NCBI GenBank assembly: GCA_024274915.1
Contig: JAJSAC010000024.1
Coordinates: 5,234 to 69,233, forward strand
Direction: 5' to 3'
Length of the DNA: 64,000 nt
Origin: Thermodesulfobacteriota bacterium
GTDB lineage: Bacteria > Thermosulfidibacterota > Thermosulfidibacteria > Thermosulfidibacterales > B14-G1
The translations under genes were made by a program, and so were the position numbers. Of the stretch, positions 38,301 through 46,905 are shown in pieces (the first letter of the stretch is position 1; each line of letters starts with the position of its first letter). The notes under the pieces were generated by a model. That model searched no databases. It was not told the DNA's origin and saw only the letters and a list, made by a program, of their open reading frames with translations.

Positions 38301-38427
38301 GAGGTTTAACCTTTCAGACCATGATCACCAGGCCCTCTCTTCCATCTATTTCACTGTAGTGAGGGGAGGGAAGCTGGTACCTTTTCAGAGTTTTTCGGAG
38401 TTGGTTTCTAGGTCTCTGTCTTCTTGA
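35380..38427 (+). CDS. GAF / HD-GYP / GGDEF / type-1 periplasmic-binding-protein-fold fusion protein (1015 aa, no TM seen)
   Basis: HDVGKVGVP...HHERWDGRGYPSGL. Then RASDLMGRYGGDEFVILL, with an RxxD I-site 5 residues upstream of GGDEF. The C-terminal ~340 aa is LivK-like (ELVTLDDRYEPD...ALVGYVGTPTS...FYQDDTYG). TTG start. Confidence 0.85.
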   Translation: MRYYLEVVLGNSEDNQRGIALLLEAFCSLFSGEDLEVSLARAVSLFKDFLEADFAALFLWKEGEKALVPVVVEGRPLETLPSRIALGEGITGRVAEEREALWVEDCRKDPRVHPLCKHWAASLVSSPLIVENRLYGVLSVARGSGRGAFTPGEFSIFRDLGKCLSGFLEINKLVEDGYHAFALAVETKEPGFKGHSLAVARISKDLAAKAGMECNKRKNLYWVALLHDVGKVGVPDVTLVKPLPLDKRERLVVSLHSQLGAALISLVEPLKEAVPWILHHHERWDGRGYPSGLKGEEIPLASRIIHLAESFHAMVISLPYGEALSQERVRKELLAGRERQWDPRLVDLLLGDFDKYWTMLREYMESPYPKKLEEVSSEVTYMLLSMEILKDLSSLAVGLSHASVMDFIRAILRRLAFYLGWRGVSLLDEHGRVLVTVDTGDETMEFSHGEEGESLEVRWGGYTYYLRVRGGEVTAKEKQILETLEGFLASLMGLLFHSEGKVLRDDLTGTYTFSSIKEFFSSVVPHAQRVAVVLLDLDGFKEVNDRFGHDVGNKVLQRLVSVMEENLRASDLMGRYGGDEFVILLPRVDREEADRVMKRIRRTVEGTELVEGVPSVTFSFGIAQFPDEGRDLYTLIRLADKRMYMEKALKKERMRKELQKGTLKLGQSCPLTGSAAFLGREYRKGLELGFRWGEERYGERIELVTLDDRYEPDLCALNTEALLKDEDVFALVGYVGTPTSAVVAPLAERSGIPFLFPLSGALFLRWPTKRWIFNLRPSYHHEVEAMIRGLIEEVGVREVGIFYQDDTYGWEVLGAAESTLLRYKLEIRGKGSYKRNSLMVEEACQALLEEHPQVVIMAGTWEPCALFARKVKERGWNPMLLAVSYVGGEAFARGAGEAGEGTVVVQVVPSPHSSFPIVQEFRRGLGEGDPTHVCLEGFLGAVLLVEALKDMEEVGRESLVRSLEAANEMDVGGLRFNLSDHDHQALSSIYFTVVRGGKLVPFQSFSELVSRSLSS

Positions 38428-38651
38428 ATAAGGGCCTGAGCCTTCTCTTTCCAGTGGTGGGGAACCAGTACCCTCACTTCCCCCAGGCCATTCAGAGTGA
38501 GTCCTAGAAGGGGACCCACTGCTTCGTAGTCCAGGGTTGTGGGGATGCCGTTGGACTCCAGGAGACCCCTAATGATGTAAGCCTCTGTCAAGCCTTGGGC
38601 CACATAAACTTTCACCCATCCCTCTTCTCTCATGAAGATAGTCTCTGTCAA
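38385..38651 (-). CDS. Small DUF2007-like protein (putative signal-transducing fold)
   Basis: WVKVYVAQGLTEAYIIRGLLESNGIPT...VRVLVPHHWKEKAQALI resembles DUF2007. The start is M1 or M7 (38633). There is a convergent 43-nt overlap with the upstream gene. Confidence 0.5.
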   Translation of the reverse strand: MTETIFMREEGWVKVYVAQGLTEAYIIRGLLESNGIPTTLDYEAVGPLLGLTLNGLGEVRVLVPHHWKEKAQALIQEDRDLETNSEKL

Positions 38652-38682
38652 AAAGGGGGAGGGGTCAAGCCCAGGAATTGCC

Positions 38683-38711
38683 TTGAAAAGGTGGATGGCT
38701 CATTCTATACA
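38683..38711 (+). promoter_or_regulatory. Candidate sigma70 promoter for tyrS (TTGAAA-N17-TATACA)
   Basis: TTGAAA at 38683-38688, a 17-nt spacer and TATACA at 38706-38711. GGAGG at 38763-38767 precedes the GTG start at 38775. Confidence 0.4.
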
Positions 38712-38774
38712 CCATTAGCGTTTGTATCCCCATGGGTCTCGTGACCTTGGGTTACCCTTTCATGGAGGTGTGTT

Positions 38775-40010
38775 GTGGATATTAAGGAGGAGCTGGAGCT
38801 CTTGAAAAAAGGCGTGGAGGAGATGGTCTCTGAAGAGGAGCTCCTCAAGAAGCTGGAGAAGAGCCGTAGAGAGGGCAGGCCTTTGAAGGTGAAGGCGGGC
38901 TTTGACCCTACGGCCCCCGATCTTCATCTGGGGCATACCGTCCTCATTCAGAAGCTTAAACAGTTCCAGGACCTGGGCCACCAGGTCATCTTTCTCATCG
39001 GTGATTTCACGGGTATGATAGGAGATCCCACAGGACGTTCTGAGACTAGAAAGGCCCTCACTCCCCGGGAAATTGAAGAGAACGCCAGGACCTATCAGGA
39101 GCAGGTCTTTAAGATTTTGGATCCCGATAAGACCGTTGTGGCTTTCAATAGCCAGTGGCTCTCTCCTTTGGGTGCCGAGGGTTTGGTACGTTTGGCGGCC
39201 AAGTACACTGTGGCCAGGATGTTGGAGAGGGACGATTTCAAGAAGCGCTTTAAGGAAGGGGTTCCTATCCACATCCATGAGTTTTTATATCCTCTCCTTC
39301 AGGGATACGATTCCGTGGCCCTGGAGGCCGACGTGGAATTGGGGGGCACTGACCAGCGTTTCAACCTCCTGGTGGCCCGGGACATCCAGAGGGAGTATGG
39401 CCAGGAGCCCGAAGTGATCATGATGCTTCCCATTTTGGAGGGCCTGGACGGGGTGCACAAGATGTCCAAGTCTTTGGGCAACTATGTGGGAATCACCGAG
39501 CCACCCCGGGAGATGTTCGGTAAGCTCATGTCCATTTCCGACGAACTCATGTGGAGGTACTATGAACTTCTGTCGGATCTTTCTCCATCTGAGATAAGGG
39601 CCAAGGAGGAGATGGTGGCTAGGGGAGAGCTCCATCCCAAACGGGCCAAGATGGATCTGGCCAGAGAGATCGTGGCCCGTTTTCATGGCGAAGAAGCATC
39701 CCGGAAGGCCGAAGAAGAGTTTGAGAGGGTCTTTAAGGAGCGCCAACTCCCTTCCGAGATGCCCGAGTTCACCATTGTCACTGACAAAGGGACCATATGG
39801 TTGCCTAGGATCCTCACATCCACTCGTTTTGCCCGGTCCACCAGTGAGGCCATAAGGACCATTCAGCAGGGAGGCGTCCGCTGGGATGGGGAGCGCATCA
39901 CCGACAAGGACGCGGAGATACCCTGCGACGACAAGGAACACGTTTTGAAGTACGGGAAGAAGCGCTTTGCCCGCATTCGCTTCGATGTGAGGAGCGGTGG
40001 GAAGGGTTAG
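38775..40010 (+). CDS. tyrS: Tyrosyl-tRNA synthetase
   Basis: HIGH-type motif DLHLGH, KMSKS motif KMSKSLGN and a C-terminal S4-like domain. Confidence 0.95.
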   Translation: MDIKEELELLKKGVEEMVSEEELLKKLEKSRREGRPLKVKAGFDPTAPDLHLGHTVLIQKLKQFQDLGHQVIFLIGDFTGMIGDPTGRSETRKALTPREIEENARTYQEQVFKILDPDKTVVAFNSQWLSPLGAEGLVRLAAKYTVARMLERDDFKKRFKEGVPIHIHEFLYPLLQGYDSVALEADVELGGTDQRFNLLVARDIQREYGQEPEVIMMLPILEGLDGVHKMSKSLGNYVGITEPPREMFGKLMSISDELMWRYYELLSDLSPSEIRAKEEMVARGELHPKRAKMDLAREIVARFHGEEASRKAEEEFERVFKERQLPSEMPEFTIVTDKGTIWLPRILTSTRFARSTSEAIRTIQQGGVRWDGERITDKDAEIPCDDKEHVLKYGKKRFARIRFDVRSGGKG

Positions 40011-40539
40011 GAAGCCCAAACCGGCCCGGTTTATCTGTGCCCTTATGGGTACTCCCCAGGGACCTTGGGGGGTGGTAAGGTCCCGGATGGAGGAGAGGTT
40101 TGGTCTTGTGATTTTGGAGAGCCCTCCTTACCCTTTCACCCACTCCAGGTATTACGAACCTGAAATGGGCCGGGAGCTTATCAAGTTCTTCTGGGCCTTT
40201 GGGAGACCCTTCCCTAGGGAGGAATTGGTGGAGGCCAAGCTCTTCACCAACACCCTGGAGGAGGAACTGGGGAGTTACAGGGAGGGAAGGCTGCATCGAG
40301 TGGTGAACCTGGATCCAGGATATGTCACTGACGCCCAGTTGGTTCTGGCCACCACTAAGGACTACTCCCACAGGATTTACCTGGGCCAAGGCATTCACGC
40401 TGAAGTGACCCTTATCTTTCGTAATGGGGCCTTCAGGCCCCTGGAGTGGACCTACCCTGATTACCGCACCACCCTTGTCATCGGGTTTATGGAAGAGGTG
40501 AGGAGGGGGCTCTTGGCCGAGAGGAGGCGCCGTGGCTGA
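39997..40539 (+). CDS. DUF4416-family protein
   Basis: ARFICALMG..., [10 protein letters not shown] and [26 protein letters not shown] resemble DUF4416, from memory. Confidence 0.55.
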   Translation: MGRVRKPKPARFICALMGTPQGPWGVVRSRMEERFGLVILESPPYPFTHSRYYEPEMGRELIKFFWAFGRPFPREELVEAKLFTNTLEEELGSYREGRLHRVVNLDPGYVTDAQLVLATTKDYSHRIYLGQGIHAEVTLIFRNGAFRPLEWTYPDYRTTLVIGFMEEVRRGLLAERRRRG

Positions 40540-41269
40540 GGACATGGTCGTGTGGGGACTCAGGGCGGTTGAGGAGACTCTATCGTCGGACGTTCCTGTC
40601 CGGACCCTGTACGTCTTCAAAGGGGCCGGGCGTAGGGTAGAGAGGGTGATCTCCCTGGCCAGAGAGAAGGGTGCCAAAGTGGCGGAGGTGCCCAGGAAGG
40701 TCCTGGATCACTACTCTCCCCATCATCAGGGAGTGGTGTTGCTCCTCTCACCCATGAAGTATGTACCTTGGCAAGAGGTGATGGAGAAGGTGGGAAGGGA
40801 GGGATGGGTGCCCTTTCTTCTGGCTTTGGATGGGGTGGAGGATGTAGGTAACGTTGGGGCCATAGTGAGGTCTGCTGAGGCCTTTGGGGTCCACTGTGTG
40901 GTGGTGCCCAAGAGGAGGGCTGCTTCTATTACTCCGGCTGTGGCCAGGGCCTCGGCTGGGGCCATCTTCCATCTAGCTATAGACAGGGTGACCAATCTCT
41001 CCAGAGCCCTGGCAGAGATGAAGGACCGGGGATTGTGGGTGGTGGGGACCCATCTGGGGGAAGGTGTTGAGCCGTGGAGGGTGGACCTGACCCTACCCCT
41101 GGTCCTGGTGGTGGGGAATGAAGAACGGGGTATCTCTAAACTGGTGAAGGAGGGCTGCGACTTTTTGGTGAAGATTCCCATGGAAGGGAGAGTGGGTTCC
41201 CTTAATGTGTCGGCGGCTACCGCGGTTTTGCTTTACGAGGTTTTGCGCCAGAGGAGGATGTCTCCTTAA
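40532..41269 (+). CDS. rlmB: SpoU/TrmH-family 23S rRNA 2'-O-methyltransferase (RlmB-like)
   Basis: N-terminal SpoU_sub_bind-like region (VWGLRAVEETL). Motifs LDGVEDVGNVGAIVRSA, LVVGNEERGIS, IPMEGRVGSLNVSAA. Confidence 0.8.
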   Translation: MAEDMVVWGLRAVEETLSSDVPVRTLYVFKGAGRRVERVISLAREKGAKVAEVPRKVLDHYSPHHQGVVLLLSPMKYVPWQEVMEKVGREGWVPFLLALDGVEDVGNVGAIVRSAEAFGVHCVVVPKRRAASITPAVARASAGAIFHLAIDRVTNLSRALAEMKDRGLWVVGTHLGEGVEPWRVDLTLPLVLVVGNEERGISKLVKEGCDFLVKIPMEGRVGSLNVSAATAVLLYEVLRQRRMSP

Positions 41270-41909
41270 TAATGTTGCAAAACCGGTCTAGAATTCGGGC
41301 AGTGGCTCCCCAGATGGTTTCTCCCCGGTATGTGATGATGAAGGTGGTGTAGTTTTTCCTCCTCCACTGTAGTTCCTGGGTCTTAAAGGGGTGGCACTCC
41401 AGGATATAGTTCAAAGGCACGGTGAATATGGAGGCCACCTCCTGGGGATTGGGACGGAAGGGGGTTTTCCTTTCTAAATAGGCTACGAAAGGGTGGATGA
41501 CGTAGGATGATCCTTTGGTCTCTACAGGGTCCAGTCTCCCCAGAATGTCCCACAGGGAAGGGGCAATCCCCAACTCTTCCTGGGTTTCTCTCAAGGCGGT
41601 GGTGAGAATGTCTCCGTCTTTTTCCTCGTAAGCCCCTCCAGGGAAGGACACCTGGCCTCCATGTAGGGATCCGTCTTCCGCCTTTCTCATGAAGAGGAGG
41701 TGGAGTCTCCCCTTTTGCTCCAGGAGTGGGACCAAAACAGCCGAGGGGATACGGTCAGAATCTTCTCTTTCTTGGGGATTGTACCCCTTTAATGCCCTTT
41801 CTATAAACTCTTTTGTGATCTTCTCCATGTTTTTTCTTTTTAGCACAGTTTCTTTGGGAGGCAAAGAGAGCAGATAGACTATAGATTTGCTTCTTTTCCT
41901 GTAGTACAT
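41217..41909 (-). CDS. Nudix hydrolase (CoA pyrophosphatase-like)
   Basis: Nudix box GGQVSFPGGAYEEKDGDILTTALRETQEELGI. The start is uncertain (ATG 41909 or ATG 41828, MEKITKEF). Confidence 0.8.
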   Translation of the reverse strand: MYYRKRSKSIVYLLSLPPKETVLKRKNMEKITKEFIERALKGYNPQEREDSDRIPSAVLVPLLEQKGRLHLLFMRKAEDGSLHGGQVSFPGGAYEEKDGDILTTALRETQEELGIAPSLWDILGRLDPVETKGSSYVIHPFVAYLERKTPFRPNPQEVASIFTVPLNYILECHPFKTQELQWRRKNYTTFIITYRGETIWGATARILDRFCNIIKETSSSGAKPRKAKPR

Positions 41910-41938
41910 GGCTGGGGAGACCTTTTCTGGGGGAAGGT

Positions 41939-42208
41939 ATGGAGTGGAAGACCCTGATCACCGTATTCTGGGCCGTTTTTTTGGCAGAGTTGGGGGATAA
42001 GACCCAGTTGGCCGTTTTGGGTTTTGCCTCTTCGGGGAGATCTGCCCTAGCCGTATTCCTGGGGGCTTCCTTGGCTCTGGTTTGTACTACCCTTTTGGGG
42101 GTGGTGGTGGGAGAAAGGCTGGCTTCTTGGTTTCCTCTGGCTCTGGTTAGTAAAGGAGCCGCCCTCCTTCTAATAATCTTGGGGTTGATCATGTTTTTCC
42201 GGGGTTGA
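41939..42208 (+). CDS. UPF0016 (GDT1/TMEM165-type) half-size membrane protein
   Basis: 89 aa with 3 TM segments and the signature ELGDKTQL in TM1. Confidence 0.8.
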   Translation: MEWKTLITVFWAVFLAELGDKTQLAVLGFASSGRSALAVFLGASLALVCTTLLGVVVGERLASWFPLALVSKGAALLLIILGLIMFFRG

Positions 42209-42251
42209 CTGCCCTTGCAGGGCTGTGGATTTCATGCCATTTTGAGGAGAT

Positions 42252-43295
42252 ATGGGAGAAGGGTTAGAGTTTAGGGAGCTGCTGGAGAGTCTGGGTGAGC
42301 CTTACCTTTTTGTAGGTGAGGATGGGGTAGTGATCTACGGTAACCCCCCGGCCCGGGAGGTTTTCGTTTCCATGGGGCAGGTGGAAGGGAGGACCCTGGA
42401 AGAGGTGGTGAAGGACCATGGGCTTTTGGAGGCCGTGTCCCGGGTTCTGGAGGAGGGGAGATCTATAAGGGGATACCCCTTGGCCCTTCAAGGCAGTGGA
42501 GAAGAGAGGCACTTGGTAACGAGCATCTTTCTTGTGGAAGGGGGAGGAAACAAGGGTGCAGGCCTTCTCTTTAGAGACGTGACCCGCCTTAAGATGTTGG
42601 AGGAGAAAGAGAAAAAAGCCCTCACCGTATCTCTGGTAGAGGAGGTCTTGAGTAGGGCCTTCCACCAGTTGAAAGGGCCCCTCACAGGGCTTAAAGGGGC
42701 CGTTCAACTCTTGGAGGAGGGGGAAGGGGATCCGGTGGAGTATGCCCGCTTCATAAAGAGGGAGGTTCTCAGGCTCCAACAGTTGGTGGAGGATGCCCTG
42801 GATTTCTCTCGACCTCTGGTGCTGGAGCGGGTGGAGACCAATATCCACAGGGTGTTGGAGGAAGTGCTCAGTACCTTTAAGCATCAGGCCCAGGTGCAGG
42901 AGGTGGAGGTAGAACGCCTGTACGACCCCAGCCTCCCTCTCATCCTGGCGGATCCTTTCAGGCTCTACCAGGTCTTCTCCAATCTTGTGAAGAACGCTTT
43001 GGAGGCCATGCCCCAGGGTGGAACCCTGAGGGTGAAGACGGCCCTGGCGTGGGATAAGAAACTTATCCCGGGGGTGGAAACCCTTTCCGTTAAGGTGGAG
43101 GATACAGGGCCAGGGATCCTTCCTCAAGTGGAAGAGCAACTCTTTTCCCCTTTTAACACTTCCAAGGTGAAAGGCACAGGGTTAGGTCTTTCCATTGCTT
43201 ATAAGATAGTGAAATACCATCAGGGTCACCTGCTTTATAAAAGGGAAGACCCCTGGACTGTCTTTGAGGTGCTGTTACCCATGACAACGAGGTAG
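42252..43295 (+). CDS. Cytoplasmic PAS histidine kinase (NtrB-like)
   Basis: PAS-like N-terminus, H-box AFHQLKGPLTGL, N-box NLVKNALEAM, then DTGPGI and GTGLGL. Confidence 0.85.
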   Translation: MGEGLEFRELLESLGEPYLFVGEDGVVIYGNPPAREVFVSMGQVEGRTLEEVVKDHGLLEAVSRVLEEGRSIRGYPLALQGSGEERHLVTSIFLVEGGGNKGAGLLFRDVTRLKMLEEKEKKALTVSLVEEVLSRAFHQLKGPLTGLKGAVQLLEEGEGDPVEYARFIKREVLRLQQLVEDALDFSRPLVLERVETNIHRVLEEVLSTFKHQAQVQEVEVERLYDPSLPLILADPFRLYQVFSNLVKNALEAMPQGGTLRVKTALAWDKKLIPGVETLSVKVEDTGPGILPQVEEQLFSPFNTSKVKGTGLGLSIAYKIVKYHQGHLLYKREDPWTVFEVLLPMTTR

Positions 43296-43299
43296 GGTT

Positions 43300-44616
43300 A
43301 TGGAGATTCTCGTTATAGACGACGATCCTAGCGTCCAGTGGATAATTCAGAAGGCCCTGGGCCGGCGTCATAGGGTGCTGGAGGCTTCCACTTTGGGGGA
43401 GGCCCGGCCTCTCCTGGGGGAGGTGCAACTGGTCTTCCTGGACATCTATCTCCCCGATGGTTCGGGGCTGATCTTTCTGGAGGAACTCCTCCAGGGAGAG
43501 TCCCCTCCCTTGGTGGTCCTCATGACGGGGAGGGGTGGGCCCGAAACGGTGATAGAGGCTATGAAGAGGGGGGCCATGGACTACTTGCCCAAGCCTTTCG
43601 ACCTGGTGAAGCTCCGGTCTTTGGTGAAGGAGGCCGAGGCCCTGGTATCCCGGGAAGGAGAGGAGGAAGAGGAGGGCAGCGAGGAGTTCGTTTCCAGGTC
43701 TCCCGTGATGGAAGAGGTCCTTAAGCGGATGGGCCGATTGGCGGCGGCCGACCTCTCGGTCCTTATCACCGGTGAGGAGGGGGTGGGTAAGACGGCGGCC
43801 GCCCGTTACATTCATGCCCATAGTACTAGAAAGAATGGTCCCCTGGTCATTTTTGCCCCTTCCAGGCTTCCATCGACCCGAGTGGAAACGGAGCTTTTCG
43901 GTAAAGGGGGAAAGTTGGAGAAGGCTAAAGGGGGAACCCTGGTTATTCAACAGGTGGAACAGTTGGTGCCTGAGATTCAGGAGAAGCTCCTTTCTGCTTT
44001 GGAAAACGGCGAATACTTAGTGCCGGGAGACAGCTTTACTCCCCTGGATGCCAGGATTATTGCCACCACCAGCAGGGATCTGCCCCGGATGGTGGTGGAG
44101 GGTGGGTTCAACGAAGACCTCTTCCTGAGGCTTCAGACTTTCACCGTGGAGATTCCACCCCTCAGGGAGAGGCCCGAGGACGTGCCTGCGTTGGCCGAGT
44201 ACTTTTTGAAGAGGGCTATCGGGAAGGGAAGGGTGAGGGGATTCACCACCCATGCTGTGGATACCCTTATGAAGTATCGCTGGCCTGGGAATGTGAAGGA
44301 GCTGAAGGATGTGATAGAAAGGCTGGTTCCCCTGGCCAGGGGACAACCCATTTCTGTGGATCTTCTTCCCCTTGTTATTAGGGAGAATCGGGAACAACCT
44401 GCTTTTATATCCTACCTCCGGGAGGAGGTTAAACGCATGCTAAAAGAGGGTGAGAGAGACATTTATGGCAAGATAGTGGACCAGGTGGAGAAGGTCTTGC
44501 TTGAGGAGGTCCTTAGCCGAACCCAGGGAAACCAGATCATGGCTTCCAGGATTCTGGGAGTTCACAGGAATACTATCAGGAGAAAGCTCTCTGTCTATGG
44601 GGGTGGGGACAGGTGA
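43300..44616 (+). CDS. NtrC-family response regulator with degenerate AAA+ core (no GAFTGA, Walker B DE replaced by QQ) and Fis-type HTH
   Basis: REC (VIDDD, FLDIYLPDGSG, LPKP). Walker A is GEEGVGKT. ELFG-KGGKLEKAK-GGTLVIQQVEQL replaces the usual ELFGHEKGAFTGA...GGTLFLDEI. The C-terminal HTH is ASRILGVHRNTIRRKL. Confidence 0.85.
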   Translation: MEILVIDDDPSVQWIIQKALGRRHRVLEASTLGEARPLLGEVQLVFLDIYLPDGSGLIFLEELLQGESPPLVVLMTGRGGPETVIEAMKRGAMDYLPKPFDLVKLRSLVKEAEALVSREGEEEEEGSEEFVSRSPVMEEVLKRMGRLAAADLSVLITGEEGVGKTAAARYIHAHSTRKNGPLVIFAPSRLPSTRVETELFGKGGKLEKAKGGTLVIQQVEQLVPEIQEKLLSALENGEYLVPGDSFTPLDARIIATTSRDLPRMVVEGGFNEDLFLRLQTFTVEIPPLRERPEDVPALAEYFLKRAIGKGRVRGFTTHAVDTLMKYRWPGNVKELKDVIERLVPLARGQPISVDLLPLVIRENREQPAFISYLREEVKRMLKEGERDIYGKIVDQVEKVLLEEVLSRTQGNQIMASRILGVHRNTIRRKLSVYGGGDR

Positions 44617-44873
44617 GACCCTGTCTATCTTCTAAATTAGGAGATTCTTTGTAGTCTTCCATGGTCCTTTTTTGCGACAAAAGGTCTCTTAGTCTCTTAA
44701 AAGGGTGGGGTTTTCCTGGCAGGCCTTCTGTCCATACTCCTTGCTTCCCCCTTGGGGGTGCCCCTGGAAAGGGGGAAAGCCTGGAGAGCCTTTCCTTGAC
44801 AGAAGGGGGGGCTTTCTAATATTAAGCACCGTTGCTTTTTGCCGTGGGCCTTTGCCCCTTCGTGGAGGTAGAG

Positions 44874-46397
44874 ATGCTTTACGATTCTGTTTTTGTTTTT
44901 CCTAACTTTGAAGTTGAAAGGGACTATGACAAATGCATTGTCTGTAAGGCCTGTGTCCAGCAGTGCACCTTTGATGCCACCTATTATCTGCCCTATAGGG
45001 CGCGGGTGGTTTCTAAGGACACCAATTGCGTGGGATGCCGGCGCTGCGAGGCCATCTGTCCCACGGGGGCCATAAAGATCCGGCGCTACCAAGGGGAGTT
45101 CAAGGATAACGCCTACTGGACTCCCAGGGACTTGAAGGACCTCTACAAGCAGGCTGAGCAGGGTGGAGTCATCCTCACGGGGGGAGGCAATGACAGGCCT
45201 TATCCCGTGTACTGGGACCACATCCTTTTAGATGCCTGCCAGGTGACCAACCCGTCCATAGATCCCTTGAGGGAGCCTATGGAGCTCCGTACCTATCTGG
45301 GGCGCAAGCCCGACAGGGTGGAGATACGGTACAACGAAGATGGAGAACCCGAGTTAAAGACCCAAATTGTCCCCAATTTGGTGGCAGAGGTGCCCGTCAT
45401 CTTTGCTCCCATGTCATATGGAGCCCTGAACCTCAACATGCACAGGGCCGAGGCGGCCGCTGCCAAGGCCATGGGTACTTATTGGAATACGGGGGAGGGT
45501 GGACTTCATCGTGAGCTTTACCCCTATGGTGATCACACCATAGTTCAGGTGGCCTCTGGTCGTTTCGGTGTCCATGCGGAATATCTCCAGGTCTCGGCGG
45601 CCATGGAGATCAAGATCGGTCAGGGGGCCAAGCCTGGTATTGGTGGCCACCTCCCCGGTGGAAAGGTGGACGAGGAGATCTCCAAGACCAGGATGATACC
45701 TGTGGGGAGCGACGCTTTGTCTCCGGCACCTCACCATGACATCTATTCCATAGAGGACCTGCGACAACTCATCTACGCCTTGAAGGAGGCCACCAACTAC
45801 GAGAAACCCGTGAGCGTCAAGATCGCTGCAGTCCACAACGTGGCTGCTATCGCCAGTGGTATTGCCCGGGCAGGTGCAGACATCATTGTCTTGGACGGTT
45901 TCAGGGGCGGGACGGGGGCGTCCCCCGCCATTGTGAGGGATAACGTAGGTATTCCCATTGAGATGGCCCTGGCCGCCGTGGATCAGAGGCTCAGGGACGA
46001 GGGAATCAGAAACTGGGTTTCCATCATTGCAGCCGGTGGCATCAGGAACAGCGGGGACGTTATCAAGGCTGTGGCACTGGGGGCTGATGCCGTCTACATC
46101 GGTACGGCAGCCCTTTTGGCAGTGGGTTGCACCCTTTGCCATAAATGTTACACCGGCAAGTGCGCCTGGGGGATTACCACCAATGACCCCTACATCGCTA
46201 AGAGACTCAACCCTGAGATCGCTGCCGAGAGGCTCACCAACCTTTTGAAGGCATGGGCCCACGAGATGAAGGAAATGCTGGGGTTGATGGGCATCAACGC
46301 CATCGAGAGTCTCAGGGGGAACCGCTTGAGACTTAGGGCCGTGGGCCTTTCTAGAGAGGAGATGGAAATCTTGGGCGTTCTACCGGCGGGGGCGTGA
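44874..46397 (+). CDS. Glutamate synthase FMN-binding domain protein with N-terminal 2x[4Fe-4S] ferredoxin domain (archaeal-type GltB domain 2)
   Basis: The ATG at 44874 follows GGAGG (44864-68). Motifs CIVCKACVQQC..CVGCRRCEAICP, then GEGG, IKIGQGAKPGIGGHLPG, GFRGGTGASP, AAGGIRNSGD. Confidence 0.85.
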   Translation: MLYDSVFVFPNFEVERDYDKCIVCKACVQQCTFDATYYLPYRARVVSKDTNCVGCRRCEAICPTGAIKIRRYQGEFKDNAYWTPRDLKDLYKQAEQGGVILTGGGNDRPYPVYWDHILLDACQVTNPSIDPLREPMELRTYLGRKPDRVEIRYNEDGEPELKTQIVPNLVAEVPVIFAPMSYGALNLNMHRAEAAAAKAMGTYWNTGEGGLHRELYPYGDHTIVQVASGRFGVHAEYLQVSAAMEIKIGQGAKPGIGGHLPGGKVDEEISKTRMIPVGSDALSPAPHHDIYSIEDLRQLIYALKEATNYEKPVSVKIAAVHNVAAIASGIARAGADIIVLDGFRGGTGASPAIVRDNVGIPIEMALAAVDQRLRDEGIRNWVSIIAAGGIRNSGDVIKAVALGADAVYIGTAALLAVGCTLCHKCYTGKCAWGITTNDPYIAKRLNPEIAAERLTNLLKAWAHEMKEMLGLMGINAIESLRGNRLRLRAVGLSREEMEILGVLPAGA

Positions 46398-46400
46398 TAG

Positions 46401-46901
46401 GTGAGGCAGATCAAGAGACGAATTTATCCCATAGAAGAGAACTGCATGGGCTGCAGGCTATGTGAGGTGGCCTGTGCCGTGGAGCATTCAAAGACCAAGG
46501 ACCCTATTTCAGCCTTTCTAGAGGAAGGCTGGGAACCTTTCTCCCATACCGTGGTGGAGATGATAGGGCCTGTCTCTTTTTCCTTGTCGTGCCGCCATTG
46601 CGATGAGCCTTACTGTGTGGAGGCCTGCATATCCGGGGCCCTCAGGGTGGAGGGCGACGGTCGGGTGGTGGTCTATGAAGAGGTATGCGTGGCCTGTGGC
46701 ATGTGCGTTGTATCCTGTCCTTGGGGAGCTATAAAGCCCAGGAAGAGGGACGGGGTGGTGAAAGCGGCCAAATGTGACCTATGCCCGGACAGGGAAGTGC
46801 CGGCCTGCGTGGCCGCCTGTCCTAACCGGGCCTTAATTTTCGACACCGCTTTAGGACCCGGTTTAGAGAAGGTGGAGGAAGAGGAGATCATCGAGGGATG
46901 A
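46401..46901 (+). CDS. 4Fe-4S dicluster protein
   Basis: Motifs CMGCRLCEVAC, CRHCDEPYCVEAC, CVACGMCVVSCP and CDLC..ACVAACP. Confidence 0.8.
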   Translation: MRQIKRRIYPIEENCMGCRLCEVACAVEHSKTKDPISAFLEEGWEPFSHTVVEMIGPVSFSLSCRHCDEPYCVEACISGALRVEGDGRVVVYEEVCVACGMCVVSCPWGAIKPRKRDGVVKAAKCDLCPDREVPACVAACPNRALIFDTALGPGLEKVEEEEIIEG

Positions 46902-46905
46902 TGGC

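Noticed and set aside
44655-44680. Possible sigma54 -24/-12 promoter (TGGtccttttttGCg) upstream of the glutamate synthase cluster.
   Set aside because: The GG-to-GC spacing is 9 nt, not the required 10, and the flanks do not match TGGCAC/TTGCW. The second candidate, TGGCAGgccttctGT, lacks the GC. Neither is supported.
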